A model generated the notes under the pieces. It was not told the DNA's origin. It did not search any database and was given only the letters and a program-made list of their open reading frames with translations. Positions 39,077 to 47,689 of a stretch of 64,000 nt of DNA are shown piece by piece (the first letter of the stretch is position 1; every line of letters begins with the position of its first letter). The DNA is from Candidatus Eiseniibacteriota bacterium. GTDB lineage: Bacteria > Eisenbacteria > RBG-16-71-46. The stretch lies in contig JBGAML010000013.1 in assembly GCA_044223005.1 (NCBI GenBank), positions 32,001 to 96,000 of the forward strand. Direction: 5' to 3'. The position numbers and the translations under genes are program-made.

Positions 39077-40159
39077 TCAGCGGTCGACGGCGAGCTCGAG
39101 CCGGTAGTCGCGGCCGCCGGGCTGCGGCCGGTACAGGATCAGGTAGCCGCTCATCGCGAGCTGGTCGCGGCCGACCCAGTGGTCCTCCGCGAGTTCCTCG
39201 ATCCGCGCCGGGTAGTGACCGTTCTCACGCGCGTAGAGATCCAGCGCGTAGCGCAGGTCGCGGACCTGCGCCGCGGCGTAGACGTCGTGCTCGATCGGCG
39301 GGCGCTTCGCGAACTGCAGGCGGGAGCTGCCGAAGCGCAGCCCCGCGACCGCGGCCACGATGCACACCATGGTGACGAGCTCGGCGCCGATCGGGTTGCG
39401 GCGATTCGTCTCGCGCGGCTCGGGCCGGGCCGGGGCCTCGACGCTGCCGGGGTCACGCCGGCCGACGAACTCGATCCAGTTCGCCTCCAGCATGCGCTGC
39501 AGCGCCTCGTAGGCCTCGTACTCGGAGAGCGGCGCCGCTTCGACGACTTCGGCGACCGTGTGCAGGCCGTCGATGATGCCGAAGAGTTCGCGCTCCTCGT
39601 CGCTGAGCGGTTCGTCGGGGTCGGGCAGGTCGCGCACGCCGAGCAGCTGGTAGGGATCGCGGAAGATCGCCACGTAGCGCTTCTGCTCGTCGACGCGGCG
39701 CGCCGCCTCGATCATCACGCCTTCCATGCTGAGCATGACGAGGGGCTGCTGCGGCCACTTGGAATTCGGGTCGAAGCGGTAGGAGCCGTTCTCCCAGCGC
39801 ACGAGCCGCATCAGGTCGTCGAGGATCTGGCGCTCGACGAAGTTCGCGAGCTCCTGGGCGTCGAGGTAGCGGCCGTTGAGGAGCAGGTCCTCGAGATCGC
39901 GCCCGGATTCCTTCTGGATCGTGAGCAGGCCGCGCATCTGCTCGTCCGAGAGCCGGTGCGAGGCGCGCAGGAACGCGAGCAGGGGATCGTCCTTCACGGC
40001 GCCGAGCTGGCGCGTCGAGACGATGCGGCCTTCCTGCACCCAGATGACGGCCCGCTCGGTGTTCCAGTCGAGCGTCAGGGAGCCGGATTTCTTCTGCGAG
40101 CCGACGAGCTGCAGGATCTCGGTGGCGGAGAAGTCGCGGAGGTTGCCCTGGAGCGCCAT
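39077..40159 (-). CDS. DUF4388 protein with winged-helix-like region, one TM helix and a GspG/pseudopilin-like C-terminal segment
   Basis: MALQGNLRDF..EILQL...KKSG.L (DUF4388 start), W..GSYRF, IDG..TV.EV, hydrophobic helix, then VRDLRYALDLYARENGHYP. Confidence 0.85.
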   Translation of the reverse strand: MALQGNLRDFSATEILQLVGSQKKSGSLTLDWNTERAVIWVQEGRIVSTRQLGAVKDDPLLAFLRASHRLSDEQMRGLLTIQKESGRDLEDLLLNGRYLDAQELANFVERQILDDLMRLVRWENGSYRFDPNSKWPQQPLVMLSMEGVMIEAARRVDEQKRYVAIFRDPYQLLGVRDLPDPDEPLSDEERELFGIIDGLHTVAEVVEAAPLSEYEAYEALQRMLEANWIEFVGRRDPGSVEAPARPEPRETNRRNPIGAELVTMVCIVAAVAGLRFGSSRLQFAKRPPIEHDVYAAAQVRDLRYALDLYARENGHYPARIEELAEDHWVGRDQLAMSGYLILYRPQPGGRDYRLELAVDR

Positions 40160-40167
40160 GGGTGGCC

Positions 40168-42261
40168 CTATGCGGCGGTCTGGAAGGAGCGACGGGTGGA
40201 CTGGGCGATGCGACCGCGCTGCGCGGCGTTGAGCGAGGCCTCGCGGCTGCGCTCGCGTTCCGCGAGCCCGAAGTAACCGAGCAGCGAGACGCCGTACACG
40301 AACGCGAGGCCGCACACGATGACGATCACGGGGATTTCCTGCCCCGGCAGCGTCAGGCGCGGCTCGAGTGCGAACGGGACGGCCGCCCCGGCCCAGCCGC
40401 GGGCGAGCAGCCACGTCGCGGCGAGCAGGACGATCGGCGTGAACACGCGCCGATGCGCGAGCAGGCCGTAGCCGGGGATCAGCGAAGCGAAGGCGGTGTT
40501 CACCAGGCCCTGCTGCTTGAGCTTCTGCTGGCGGCGGCGCTGCAGCAGCACGCGTGCGAACTCGGGCGTCTCGCCCTGCGCTTCGGCCGCGGCGCAGCCG
40601 GGGCAGAGGGCGTTCTCGCGGCGGCGCTGCGCGCAGCGGCGGCAGACCGTGTCGCCGCAGTTGCTGCAGACGCGCAGGTGGAGCCGGCGGTGCTGCACGA
40701 GGCCGAAGCCGATCCCGAGCGCGGCGACGAGCAGCGCCACGACGCTGAAGATCCAGCCCGACGTTTCCAGCTTGGAGCGCAGCGCGAGCGGCAGGCTGCC
40801 CGCGGCTTCGCGCGGCAGCGGCGCGGTGCGCAGCGCGTCCCAGAAGATCTTCGGCTCGAGCCACTGGTCGATCAGCGGCAGGAGCCCGTCGGCCGTCGCC
40901 GACGCCTGGTAGGTGCGGACGAGTTCGAAGTTGAGCGCCGACGCCTTGGAGAGGGCGTCCGTGGCGGCCTGGTAGTCGAACCGCTGGGTGTGGATCTGCG
41001 ACGCGTTGAACCACGCGGCGGCGTCGGCCGGGTTGGCCTGCTGCGCGCGCTGGTAGCACTGGAGCGCGTCGGCGCCCCGGCCCTGCATCGCGAGCACGTT
41101 GCCGAGGTTGTTCCATGCGCGATCGTTCTGCGGCCACGCCTCCAGGACGCGGCGGTAGGCCGCCTCGGCCTCCGCGAGGTGGTTGCCCCGGCGCGCGGTC
41201 CACGCGAGCCCGAACTCGAGCAGCGGGCTTCCCGGCTGGCGAGCGGCGAGGTTCGCGAGACGGGTCTCGCGCTCGGGCGCGTAGGGCGCGTTCTCCATCG
41301 CCGGCACCGCGTAGAAGGGCGCCGACTCCTCATGCAGCGGCAGCGCGAATCGCTCGGCGACCCCGATCGCGAACGGCATCGAGACGACGGCCGCGAGCAG
41401 GAGGATGAACAGCGTGCGCTCGCGCCCGTTCAGGTTCGGCCAGAGATAGGCGAGGAAGCCGACCGTGGGCAGCGTGACGCCGAAGCCGGCGACGTAGGGC
41501 AGGCCGAGCAGCGCGATCGCCCACCAGCGGGCCCCGCGACGAGTGCCGAAGCGCGCGAGGCTCTCGCGCCAGACGTGGGTGAGCTTGTAGCGCTTGAGCC
41601 ACACGAGCAGCAGCCCCGCGAGGAGCAGCCCCATGAACAGGCCCTCGGTCCCGATCAGGAACGCGTTGGCCGCGAGCTCGAGCTGGAGGCGGAAGTTCGC
41701 GCGCAACTGCTCGAGCACGATCGCGTAGTGCTGCAGCGCCTGCCCGGGTTCGCGCGTCAGCAGCCACGCCGCCATCGTGAGGTGCGGTTCCACGAACGCC
41801 GGATCGAGTTCGGCGGCGCCGCGAACGTCGACGAGCGCCTCCTCGTCCTGGCCAGCCTGCTTGGCGATCAGGCCGTGACGGTAGAAGAGGCGGGCCTCGA
41901 CGGGGAGCGAGGCGATGTGGCGCGCCGCGCGGTACGCCGTCCAGTCGTTCACGTGGCGCAGGTCGTGCGGCGGCTCGACCGGGGGCGCGACCTTGGCGGT
42001 GGAACCGGCGTGGGACCCGATGGCGGGCACCGGACGGCTCGGCGCGGCCAGCGGCGTCGCCTGGTTGGGCGTCGCCGCGAGGATGGTCGGGTCGGAAACC
42101 GCGCTGTCGGGGGACGCAAGGTTCGCCCGGGCCGCGCCCGGGAGGAGCGCGATGGCCGCGATGGCGAGGAACGCCCACGCGAGGACGCGTTCACGCGTCG
42201 AGACGTGGCCGTTCATGCGCGGTGCGGTGGGCATGGGTCGAGGATGGGACCGGTGGTGCAT
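40168..42261 (-). CDS. polytopic membrane protein with TPR repeats and a Cys-rich (zinc-finger-like) segment
   Basis: Signal-like N-terminus, TPR motifs (AELDP, AWNNLGNV, AWFNASQ), several TM helices, CSNCGDTVCRRC..LCPGC, SLIPGYG; start may lie downstream (e.g. 42216). Confidence 0.85.
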   Translation of the reverse strand: MHHRSHPRPMPTAPRMNGHVSTRERVLAWAFLAIAAIALLPGAARANLASPDSAVSDPTILAATPNQATPLAAPSRPVPAIGSHAGSTAKVAPPVEPPHDLRHVNDWTAYRAARHIASLPVEARLFYRHGLIAKQAGQDEEALVDVRGAAELDPAFVEPHLTMAAWLLTREPGQALQHYAIVLEQLRANFRLQLELAANAFLIGTEGLFMGLLLAGLLLVWLKRYKLTHVWRESLARFGTRRGARWWAIALLGLPYVAGFGVTLPTVGFLAYLWPNLNGRERTLFILLLAAVVSMPFAIGVAERFALPLHEESAPFYAVPAMENAPYAPERETRLANLAARQPGSPLLEFGLAWTARRGNHLAEAEAAYRRVLEAWPQNDRAWNNLGNVLAMQGRGADALQCYQRAQQANPADAAAWFNASQIHTQRFDYQAATDALSKASALNFELVRTYQASATADGLLPLIDQWLEPKIFWDALRTAPLPREAAGSLPLALRSKLETSGWIFSVVALLVAALGIGFGLVQHRRLHLRVCSNCGDTVCRRCAQRRRENALCPGCAAAEAQGETPEFARVLLQRRRQQKLKQQGLVNTAFASLIPGYGLLAHRRVFTPIVLLAATWLLARGWAGAAVPFALEPRLTLPGQEIPVIVIVCGLAFVYGVSLLGYFGLAERERSREASLNAAQRGRIAQSTRRSFQTAA

Positions 42262-42265
42262 TCCC

Positions 42266-42294
42266 TTGACACTCCGGGTGCTCGCTCCTAACTT
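42266..42294 (+). promoter_or_regulatory. sigma70-type promoter (asnS direction)
   Basis: TTGACA-17 bp-TAACTT. Confidence 0.75.
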
Positions 42295-42444
42295 GCGGCG
42301 CGATCATGAAATGATATCGGCGCCCTCGCGCCGGACCTTGAGAAACAACTCCGCCCCGGATTCCGGCCACTTCGGGGGTCTTTCGACCCCGGCGCGGAAG
42401 CGGGGCGTTCGCATGGGGCGGCGGTGCCCGCCCCGGGAGCTGCC

Positions 42445-43761
42445 ATGAGCGACGTCGTCTCCGTCAACGCCCCCTGGATCCGCATCCGCGACGCCGCGTC
42501 CCACGTCGGCGAGGCCGTCGAGATCCGCGGCTGGGTGACCCACCGCCGGTCCAGCGGCAAGATCCAGTTCATCGTCGTGCGCGACGGCAGCGGTGAGATG
42601 CAGTGCGTCGCCGGCGTCCGGGACCTGCCCGCCGAGCAGTGGGAGGCCAGCCAGGCGATCACGCAGGAAAGCGCCGTCGTCCTGCGCGGCACGCTCAAGG
42701 CGGACGCGCGCCAGGTCGGCGGGGTCGAACTGGGCATCCAGTCGCTCGCGGTCGTATCGGTGGCGGCCGAGTACCCGATCAGCCCCAAGGAGCACGGCGT
42801 CGACTTCCTCATGGACCACCGGCACCTGTGGCTGCGCTCGTCGCGCCAGCAGGCGGCCCTGCGGATCCGCGCCGAGATCGTGGCCGCGTTCCGCGAGTTC
42901 ATGAACGCGGAGGGCTTCATCCTCGTCGACGCGCCGATCTTCACGCCGAGCGCGTGCGAGGGCACGACGACGCTCTTCGAGACGCAGTATTTCGACGACA
43001 AGGCGTACTTGACGCAGAGCGGCCAGCTCTACATGGAGGCCGCCGCGATGGCGTTCGGCCGCGTGTATTGCTTCGGACCCGCGTTCCGCGCCGAGAAGAG
43101 CAAGACGCGCCGGCACCTGATCGAGTTCTGGATGATGGAGCCCGAGTGGGCGTTCGCGACGCTCGAGGACGTCATCGCGCTCGAGGAGCGGCTGCTGGTC
43201 GCGACCGTCCAGCGCGTGCTGGAGCGCCGCGGCGAGGACCTGAAGGTGCTCGAACGCGACACGACGAAGCTCGAGCGCGTGCAGGGCCCGTTCCCCCGCA
43301 TCCACTACGACGACGCCGTGAAGATGCTGCACGACGCCGGACTGCCGTTCGAGTACGGCAACGATTTCGGGGCGCCCGACGAGACCGAGCTCTCCGGCCG
43401 CTACGACACGCCCATCTTCGTCACGAACTACCCGGCGGCGGTGAAGGCGTTCTACATGGAACCGGATCCCGCGAACCCGCAGCTCAGCCTCTCGTGCGAC
43501 TGTCTCGCCCCGGAAGGCTATGGCGAGATCATCGGGGGAGGGCAGCGCATGTCCTCGCTCGACCTGCTGACGCGCCGCATCGACGAGCACGGGCTGCCGC
43601 AGGAGGCGTTCGAGTGGTACAAGGACCTGCGCCGCTACGGCTCGGTCCCGCACGCCGGCTTCGGGATCGGCGTCGAGCGCACCCTGGCCTGGATCGCCGG
43701 CCTGGACCACGTCCGCGAGAGCATCCCGTTCCCGCGGATGCTGTACCGACTGACGCCCTGA
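42445..43761 (+). CDS. asnS: asparagine--tRNA ligase
   Basis: GWV...[61 protein letters not shown]. Confidence 0.96.
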   Translation: MSDVVSVNAPWIRIRDAASHVGEAVEIRGWVTHRRSSGKIQFIVVRDGSGEMQCVAGVRDLPAEQWEASQAITQESAVVLRGTLKADARQVGGVELGIQSLAVVSVAAEYPISPKEHGVDFLMDHRHLWLRSSRQQAALRIRAEIVAAFREFMNAEGFILVDAPIFTPSACEGTTTLFETQYFDDKAYLTQSGQLYMEAAAMAFGRVYCFGPAFRAEKSKTRRHLIEFWMMEPEWAFATLEDVIALEERLLVATVQRVLERRGEDLKVLERDTTKLERVQGPFPRIHYDDAVKMLHDAGLPFEYGNDFGAPDETELSGRYDTPIFVTNYPAAVKAFYMEPDPANPQLSLSCDCLAPEGYGEIIGGGQRMSSLDLLTRRIDEHGLPQEAFEWYKDLRRYGSVPHAGFGIGVERTLAWIAGLDHVRESIPFPRMLYRLTP

Positions 43762-43848
43762 CGGCGCGGCCGGCCCCGGTCCCCGGCGGGAGCCGGGGCT
43801 GCGGCGCCGTCGCGTCGCCCGTCGCGGTTCTGCCCGGGGCACGGATTC

Positions 43849-43877
43849 TTGACACCCCGGGGGGCGCTTCCTAGGCT
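43849..43877 (+). promoter_or_regulatory. sigma70-type promoter P1 of the PstS-like/TPR/STAS/ExbBD/TonB operon
   Basis: TTGACA-17 bp-TAGGCT. Confidence 0.72.
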
Positions 43878-43938
43878 GCGTCGCCCGCTCACCGCGGGCG
43901 CCCCGTCCCCCGGCGGCCGCTCGGCCGCAACCGCAGGA

Positions 43939-43968
43939 TTGACATGGCTCGGAGCGGCTTCCTACACT
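43939..43968 (+). promoter_or_regulatory. sigma70-type promoter P2 of the same operon
   Basis: TTGACA-18 bp-TACACT; GGGAGG RBS before ATG 44004. Confidence 0.68.
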
Positions 43969-44003
43969 TCTCGTACTTCGTAGGCTGGAGCGCCGGGAGG
44001 TTC

Positions 44004-44909
44004 ATGCGATCACCGGCCGTGCTCCTGTTGGCGTGCGCCCTGCTTTCCCTACCCGGGTGCACGGGGCGGTCCCCACGACAGGTGGAAGATTCCGAGACCA
44101 GTGGGCGTATCCGGATCGTGTGCGTGCCGGAGGCGCGGCTCCTCATGGAGCGCGAGTCGGCGGCCTTCCGGACGGCCTATCCGGAGGCGGCGTTCGAGCT
44201 CGCCGAGGGAACGTCGCGGGACGCGGTGACCCAGCTGCTCGAGCAGCGCGCCGACATGGCGGTGCTGACGCGAGAGCTGGAGCCGGAGGAGCGAAGCGTG
44301 ATGGTCAAGGGTGGGATGGAACTCGAGGGCTACCGGTTCGCCCGGGACGCGATCGTCGTGATCGTGAATCCCGTGAACCGGCTCGAGAACATCGCCGCCG
44401 ACGACCTGCGCCGCATCTACCGCGGAGAGGTGACGGACTGGAGCGAACTCGGCGGACGCCCGGGGGCGATCGAGCCCGTGGTGCCGGCGCCCGAGAGCGA
44501 CCGGATGGCCGCGTTCGTGCAACGGGTGATGGGTGGCGATCCGCCGACGGCGCCCGCCGCACGCGCGGACTCGGATTCCGGCGTCGTGGCGCGGGTGCTG
44601 CGGACGCCGGGCGCGATCGGGTTCGTGTCGATGCGCTGGGCCGACCGCGGTGCGAAGGCGCTGCGGGTCGCGACGCTGGCGGGGCTGCCGTACTGGAAGG
44701 CGGACCCCGAGAACGTGTACAAGGGGCAGTATCCTCTCGCGCGCTACTGCAACATGTACGTGCGCGCCGGAGGCTCCAAGCTGGCCAATGGGCTCGTGAC
44801 CTGGGTCTCGAGCCTCGACGGACAGAAGATCGTGCACGAGGCGGGCCTCGTGCCGGCGGCGGTGCCGGTTCGTTTCGCCCGACGTTCCCCGATGCTGGGC
44901 AGTCACTGA
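44004..44909 (+). CDS. PstS-fold periplasmic binding lipoprotein (divergent)
   Basis: Lipobox LPGC; FARDAIVVIVN, L..IY.G..TDWSELGG, GAIGFV, YPLAR (PstS/PBP2 family); no pstCAB adjacent. Confidence 0.85.
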   Translation: MRSPAVLLLACALLSLPGCTGRSPRQVEDSETSGRIRIVCVPEARLLMERESAAFRTAYPEAAFELAEGTSRDAVTQLLEQRADMAVLTRELEPEERSVMVKGGMELEGYRFARDAIVVIVNPVNRLENIAADDLRRIYRGEVTDWSELGGRPGAIEPVVPAPESDRMAAFVQRVMGGDPPTAPAARADSDSGVVARVLRTPGAIGFVSMRWADRGAKALRVATLAGLPYWKADPENVYKGQYPLARYCNMYVRAGGSKLANGLVTWVSSLDGQKIVHEAGLVPAAVPVRFARRSPMLGSH

Positions 44910-44931
44910 GAGGAGTGCAGAGCACGACGCC

Positions 44932-46713
44932 ATGAACGCCATTTCTCGCAGACGCGAATGGATCCGTCCCCTGGGTCGCCTCATGATCGCGCTGGTGCTG
45001 GCCGCGTCGTGTGCGGTGAGCGCGCACGCCGACGACCTCAAGGACGCGCGGGCCGCGCTCGCGGCCGGCGATCTCGACCAGGCGCAGAAGCTGTTCGAGC
45101 GCGTGGCCGCGCAGGGTTTCGCGGAAGGGCGCGCGGGGGTGGGGCAGGTGCTGCTGCGCCGCCACGACTACACCGGAGCGACCGAGGCCTTCGAGAAGGC
45201 GCAGAAGATGGACGGCAACCTCGCGATCGCGTGGTACGGCCTGGGCGAAGTGCATCGCCGCCAGGACGACTTCGCGGGCGCGCTGCCGTTCCTGCAGAAG
45301 GCGACCGACCTCGACCGCAAGTTCCCCGAGGCGCAGCTCGCGCTCGGCGACGTGCTCGTGCAGCTCAAGCGCTACGACGAGGCCATCGCCGCGCTCAACC
45401 CGGGGCTGAACTGGGGCGTCAAGTGGAAGCCGCGATTCCTCGTGGCCCTCGGCCAGGTGGAAATGGGCCGGGATTCGCTGCGCGACGCGGGCATCTACTT
45501 CACGCAGGCGCAGCAGGCGGCGCCCGACGACCCGCTGACGAACCGCGCGCTCGGTGACTTCTACCTCAAGCGCGGCATCGGCTCGCTGGCGATCCCGTCG
45601 TACCAGAAGGCCGTCGAACTGGACACGAGCGACGTCGAGCTGCGCTACGCGCTCGGCCAGGCGCTCTACTACGACCAGCAGTACAACGACGCCCTCGAGC
45701 GCTTCAAGGAGGTCGCCGAGCGCGACCCCATGTTCGCCCCGGGCCAGCTGGCGCTCGGCAACCTGTACTACCTCTCGGGCCCGCACGATGCCCGGCGCTA
45801 CGAGGACGCGAAGCCGTACCTCGAGAAGTACACGCAGCTGATGCCGAAGGACCCCAAGGGCTGGAGCCTGCTCGGTCGCGACCTGTACTTCCTCAAGCAG
45901 CGCGAGGACGCCGTCGCCGCCATGCAGAAGGCGGCCGACCTCGGCGAGAAGTCGAAGGAGATGTACACGATCCTGGGCCGCTGCAAGGTGGAGCAGAAGG
46001 ACTGGGACGGGGCGCTGGCCGCCTACGCCAAGGGCGAACCGAACTCCACCGACCAGCTCAAGATCGGCCAGATGTTCGTGTTCAAGGGCAGCCTGCCGCA
46101 GGCGGATTCGGTCTATCGCTCGATGGTGGACCGGGATTCGGCGTCGTGGGAAGGCAAGTTCGCCATGGTCGAGTTGGGCAAGCTCCGGTTCCGGGAGAAG
46201 GACTACCCGGCGACGGTCGCCACGATGCAGCGGCGAATCGCGCTTGACCCGAACTCGGACGAGGCTTACTACTACATGGGCTTGTCCTATAACGAGATGA
46301 AGCAGCTTCCGGACGCCGTGGGAGCGCTGCGGCAGGCGACGCTGCTGGCACCGACGAAGGCCGAACGCCACTTCCGGCTCGGCCTCGTGCTCGCGAGCAT
46401 GGATTCGCTCGCGGAATCCGACCAGGAATTCCAACAGACGGTTGCGCTGGACTCGACGAGTACCAGCGCGGCGCTCGCTTGGCGGCAGCTCGGCTACCGC
46501 GAACTGCTGAAGAAGAACTGGGGCCCCGCGACGGAGTTGCTCGAGAATTCCTGGCGGGTGAACCCGAAGGACTGCCAGACGGGTGTCTGGCTCGCGCAGG
46601 GTCACGCCAACGCCGGCAACCGGGCGAAGGCGGTGGAAATCTTCAAGAAGGTCCTCGAGTCGTGCCCCGGCAACGCGGATGCGACGAAGGGGCTGAAGCA
46701 ACTCGGGAATTGA
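44932..46713 (+). CDS. exported tetratricopeptide repeat protein
   Basis: Signal peptide ending AHA; many TPR units (AWYGLG, AQLALG, YALG, AYYYMG, HFRLG). Confidence 0.9.
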   Translation: MNAISRRREWIRPLGRLMIALVLAASCAVSAHADDLKDARAALAAGDLDQAQKLFERVAAQGFAEGRAGVGQVLLRRHDYTGATEAFEKAQKMDGNLAIAWYGLGEVHRRQDDFAGALPFLQKATDLDRKFPEAQLALGDVLVQLKRYDEAIAALNPGLNWGVKWKPRFLVALGQVEMGRDSLRDAGIYFTQAQQAAPDDPLTNRALGDFYLKRGIGSLAIPSYQKAVELDTSDVELRYALGQALYYDQQYNDALERFKEVAERDPMFAPGQLALGNLYYLSGPHDARRYEDAKPYLEKYTQLMPKDPKGWSLLGRDLYFLKQREDAVAAMQKAADLGEKSKEMYTILGRCKVEQKDWDGALAAYAKGEPNSTDQLKIGQMFVFKGSLPQADSVYRSMVDRDSASWEGKFAMVELGKLRFREKDYPATVATMQRRIALDPNSDEAYYYMGLSYNEMKQLPDAVGALRQATLLAPTKAERHFRLGLVLASMDSLAESDQEFQQTVALDSTSTSAALAWRQLGYRELLKKNWGPATELLENSWRVNPKDCQTGVWLAQGHANAGNRAKAVEIFKKVLESCPGNADATKGLKQLGN

Positions 46714-46716
46714 CGG

Positions 46717-46761
46717 GCCCGTCGGGCCCGGCACCACGTGGTACCGGGCCCGATGACGGGC
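46717..46761. repeat. intercistronic inverted repeat
   Basis: TCGGGCCCGG-CACCACGTGGTA-CCGGGCCCGA; flanking GCCCGTC/GACGGGC can pair alternatively. Confidence 0.7.
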
Positions 46762-46790
46762 AGCCCCGGTGGCATGCACGGAGGGACGGG

Positions 46791-47147
46791 ATGGCAACGT
46801 TGAAGAGTCGGCAGGTCGGTACCATCACGATCCTCACTCCCCGGGGATACCTGACCGGCGGCGAGGAAACGGACGAACTCGAGAAGGCCATCAAGCAGCT
46901 CAGCGAGGACGGCAACAAGCACCTCGTGATCAACCTGAGCGAGGCGCAGCACCTGAACTCGACGGCGCTGGGCACGCTCATCCAGGCGCATTCCAACTAC
47001 GTGCGCCGGGGCGGCCAGATGAAGCTGGCGGCGGTGGACAAGCGCATCGAGAACATCTTCGTCATCACCAAGCTGTCGCTGGTGTTCGACGTGTATCCGA
47101 CGGAAGAACAGGCCATCGCGAGCTTCGCCGAGCGCGAGTCGGTCTGA
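46791..47147 (+). CDS. STAS-domain anti-sigma factor antagonist (SpoIIAA/RsbV-like)
   Basis: 118 aa; LVINLS...LNSTALG.L, GGQMKL, IFVITKL..VF.VY.TEE.A..SF. Confidence 0.9.
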   Translation: MATLKSRQVGTITILTPRGYLTGGEETDELEKAIKQLSEDGNKHLVINLSEAQHLNSTALGTLIQAHSNYVRRGGQMKLAAVDKRIENIFVITKLSLVFDVYPTEEQAIASFAERESV

Positions 47148-47180
47148 ACCACCCTTCGACCCCGAGAGAAAGGACTGGCG

Positions 47181-47531
47181 ATGGCCGTGAGCCGCAAGCA
47201 GGTCCGCAGCATCACCGTTCTTTCCCTGAAGGGGCGCTTCTTCGGTGACCGCGAGACGGACGAACTGGAGAAGGCGATCATGGACGAGGCGGCTTCGGGC
47301 AACACGCGCCTCGTCCTGAACATGAGCGAGTGCGAGGCCCTGAACTCGGTGGGACTCGGAACGCTCATGCGTGGCTACGCGAACTACAAGGGCCGTGGCG
47401 GAGAGATCAAGCTGTGCGGGCTGGGCAAGCGGCTCAAGGATCTCTTCACCATGACCAAGCTGATCTTCGTCTTCGACCACCACGATTCCGAGGAGCTCGC
47501 GCTCGCGGCATTCGCGGAGGTCGGATCCTGA
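47181..47531 (+). CDS. second STAS-domain anti-sigma factor antagonist (paralog)
   Basis: 116 aa; LVLNMS...LNSVGLG.L, GGEIKL, LFTMTKL..VF; shares ETDELEKAI with the upstream copy. Confidence 0.9.
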   Translation: MAVSRKQVRSITVLSLKGRFFGDRETDELEKAIMDEAASGNTRLVLNMSECEALNSVGLGTLMRGYANYKGRGGEIKLCGLGKRLKDLFTMTKLIFVFDHHDSEELALAAFAEVGS

Positions 47532-47689
47532 ACCCCGCCTGACCGGGTCGGGGAGTCGTTGCAGCTGGAGCAGCTGGTCCGGAGCCTCATGCTTCCGCGA
47601 CCCGGGCGGCCGGGGAACACCCGACTGCTGACCGTTCGATTGCGATCCGCGCGTGCCGCGGGCCGCGCTGATGGAGGGAAGACACCGCA

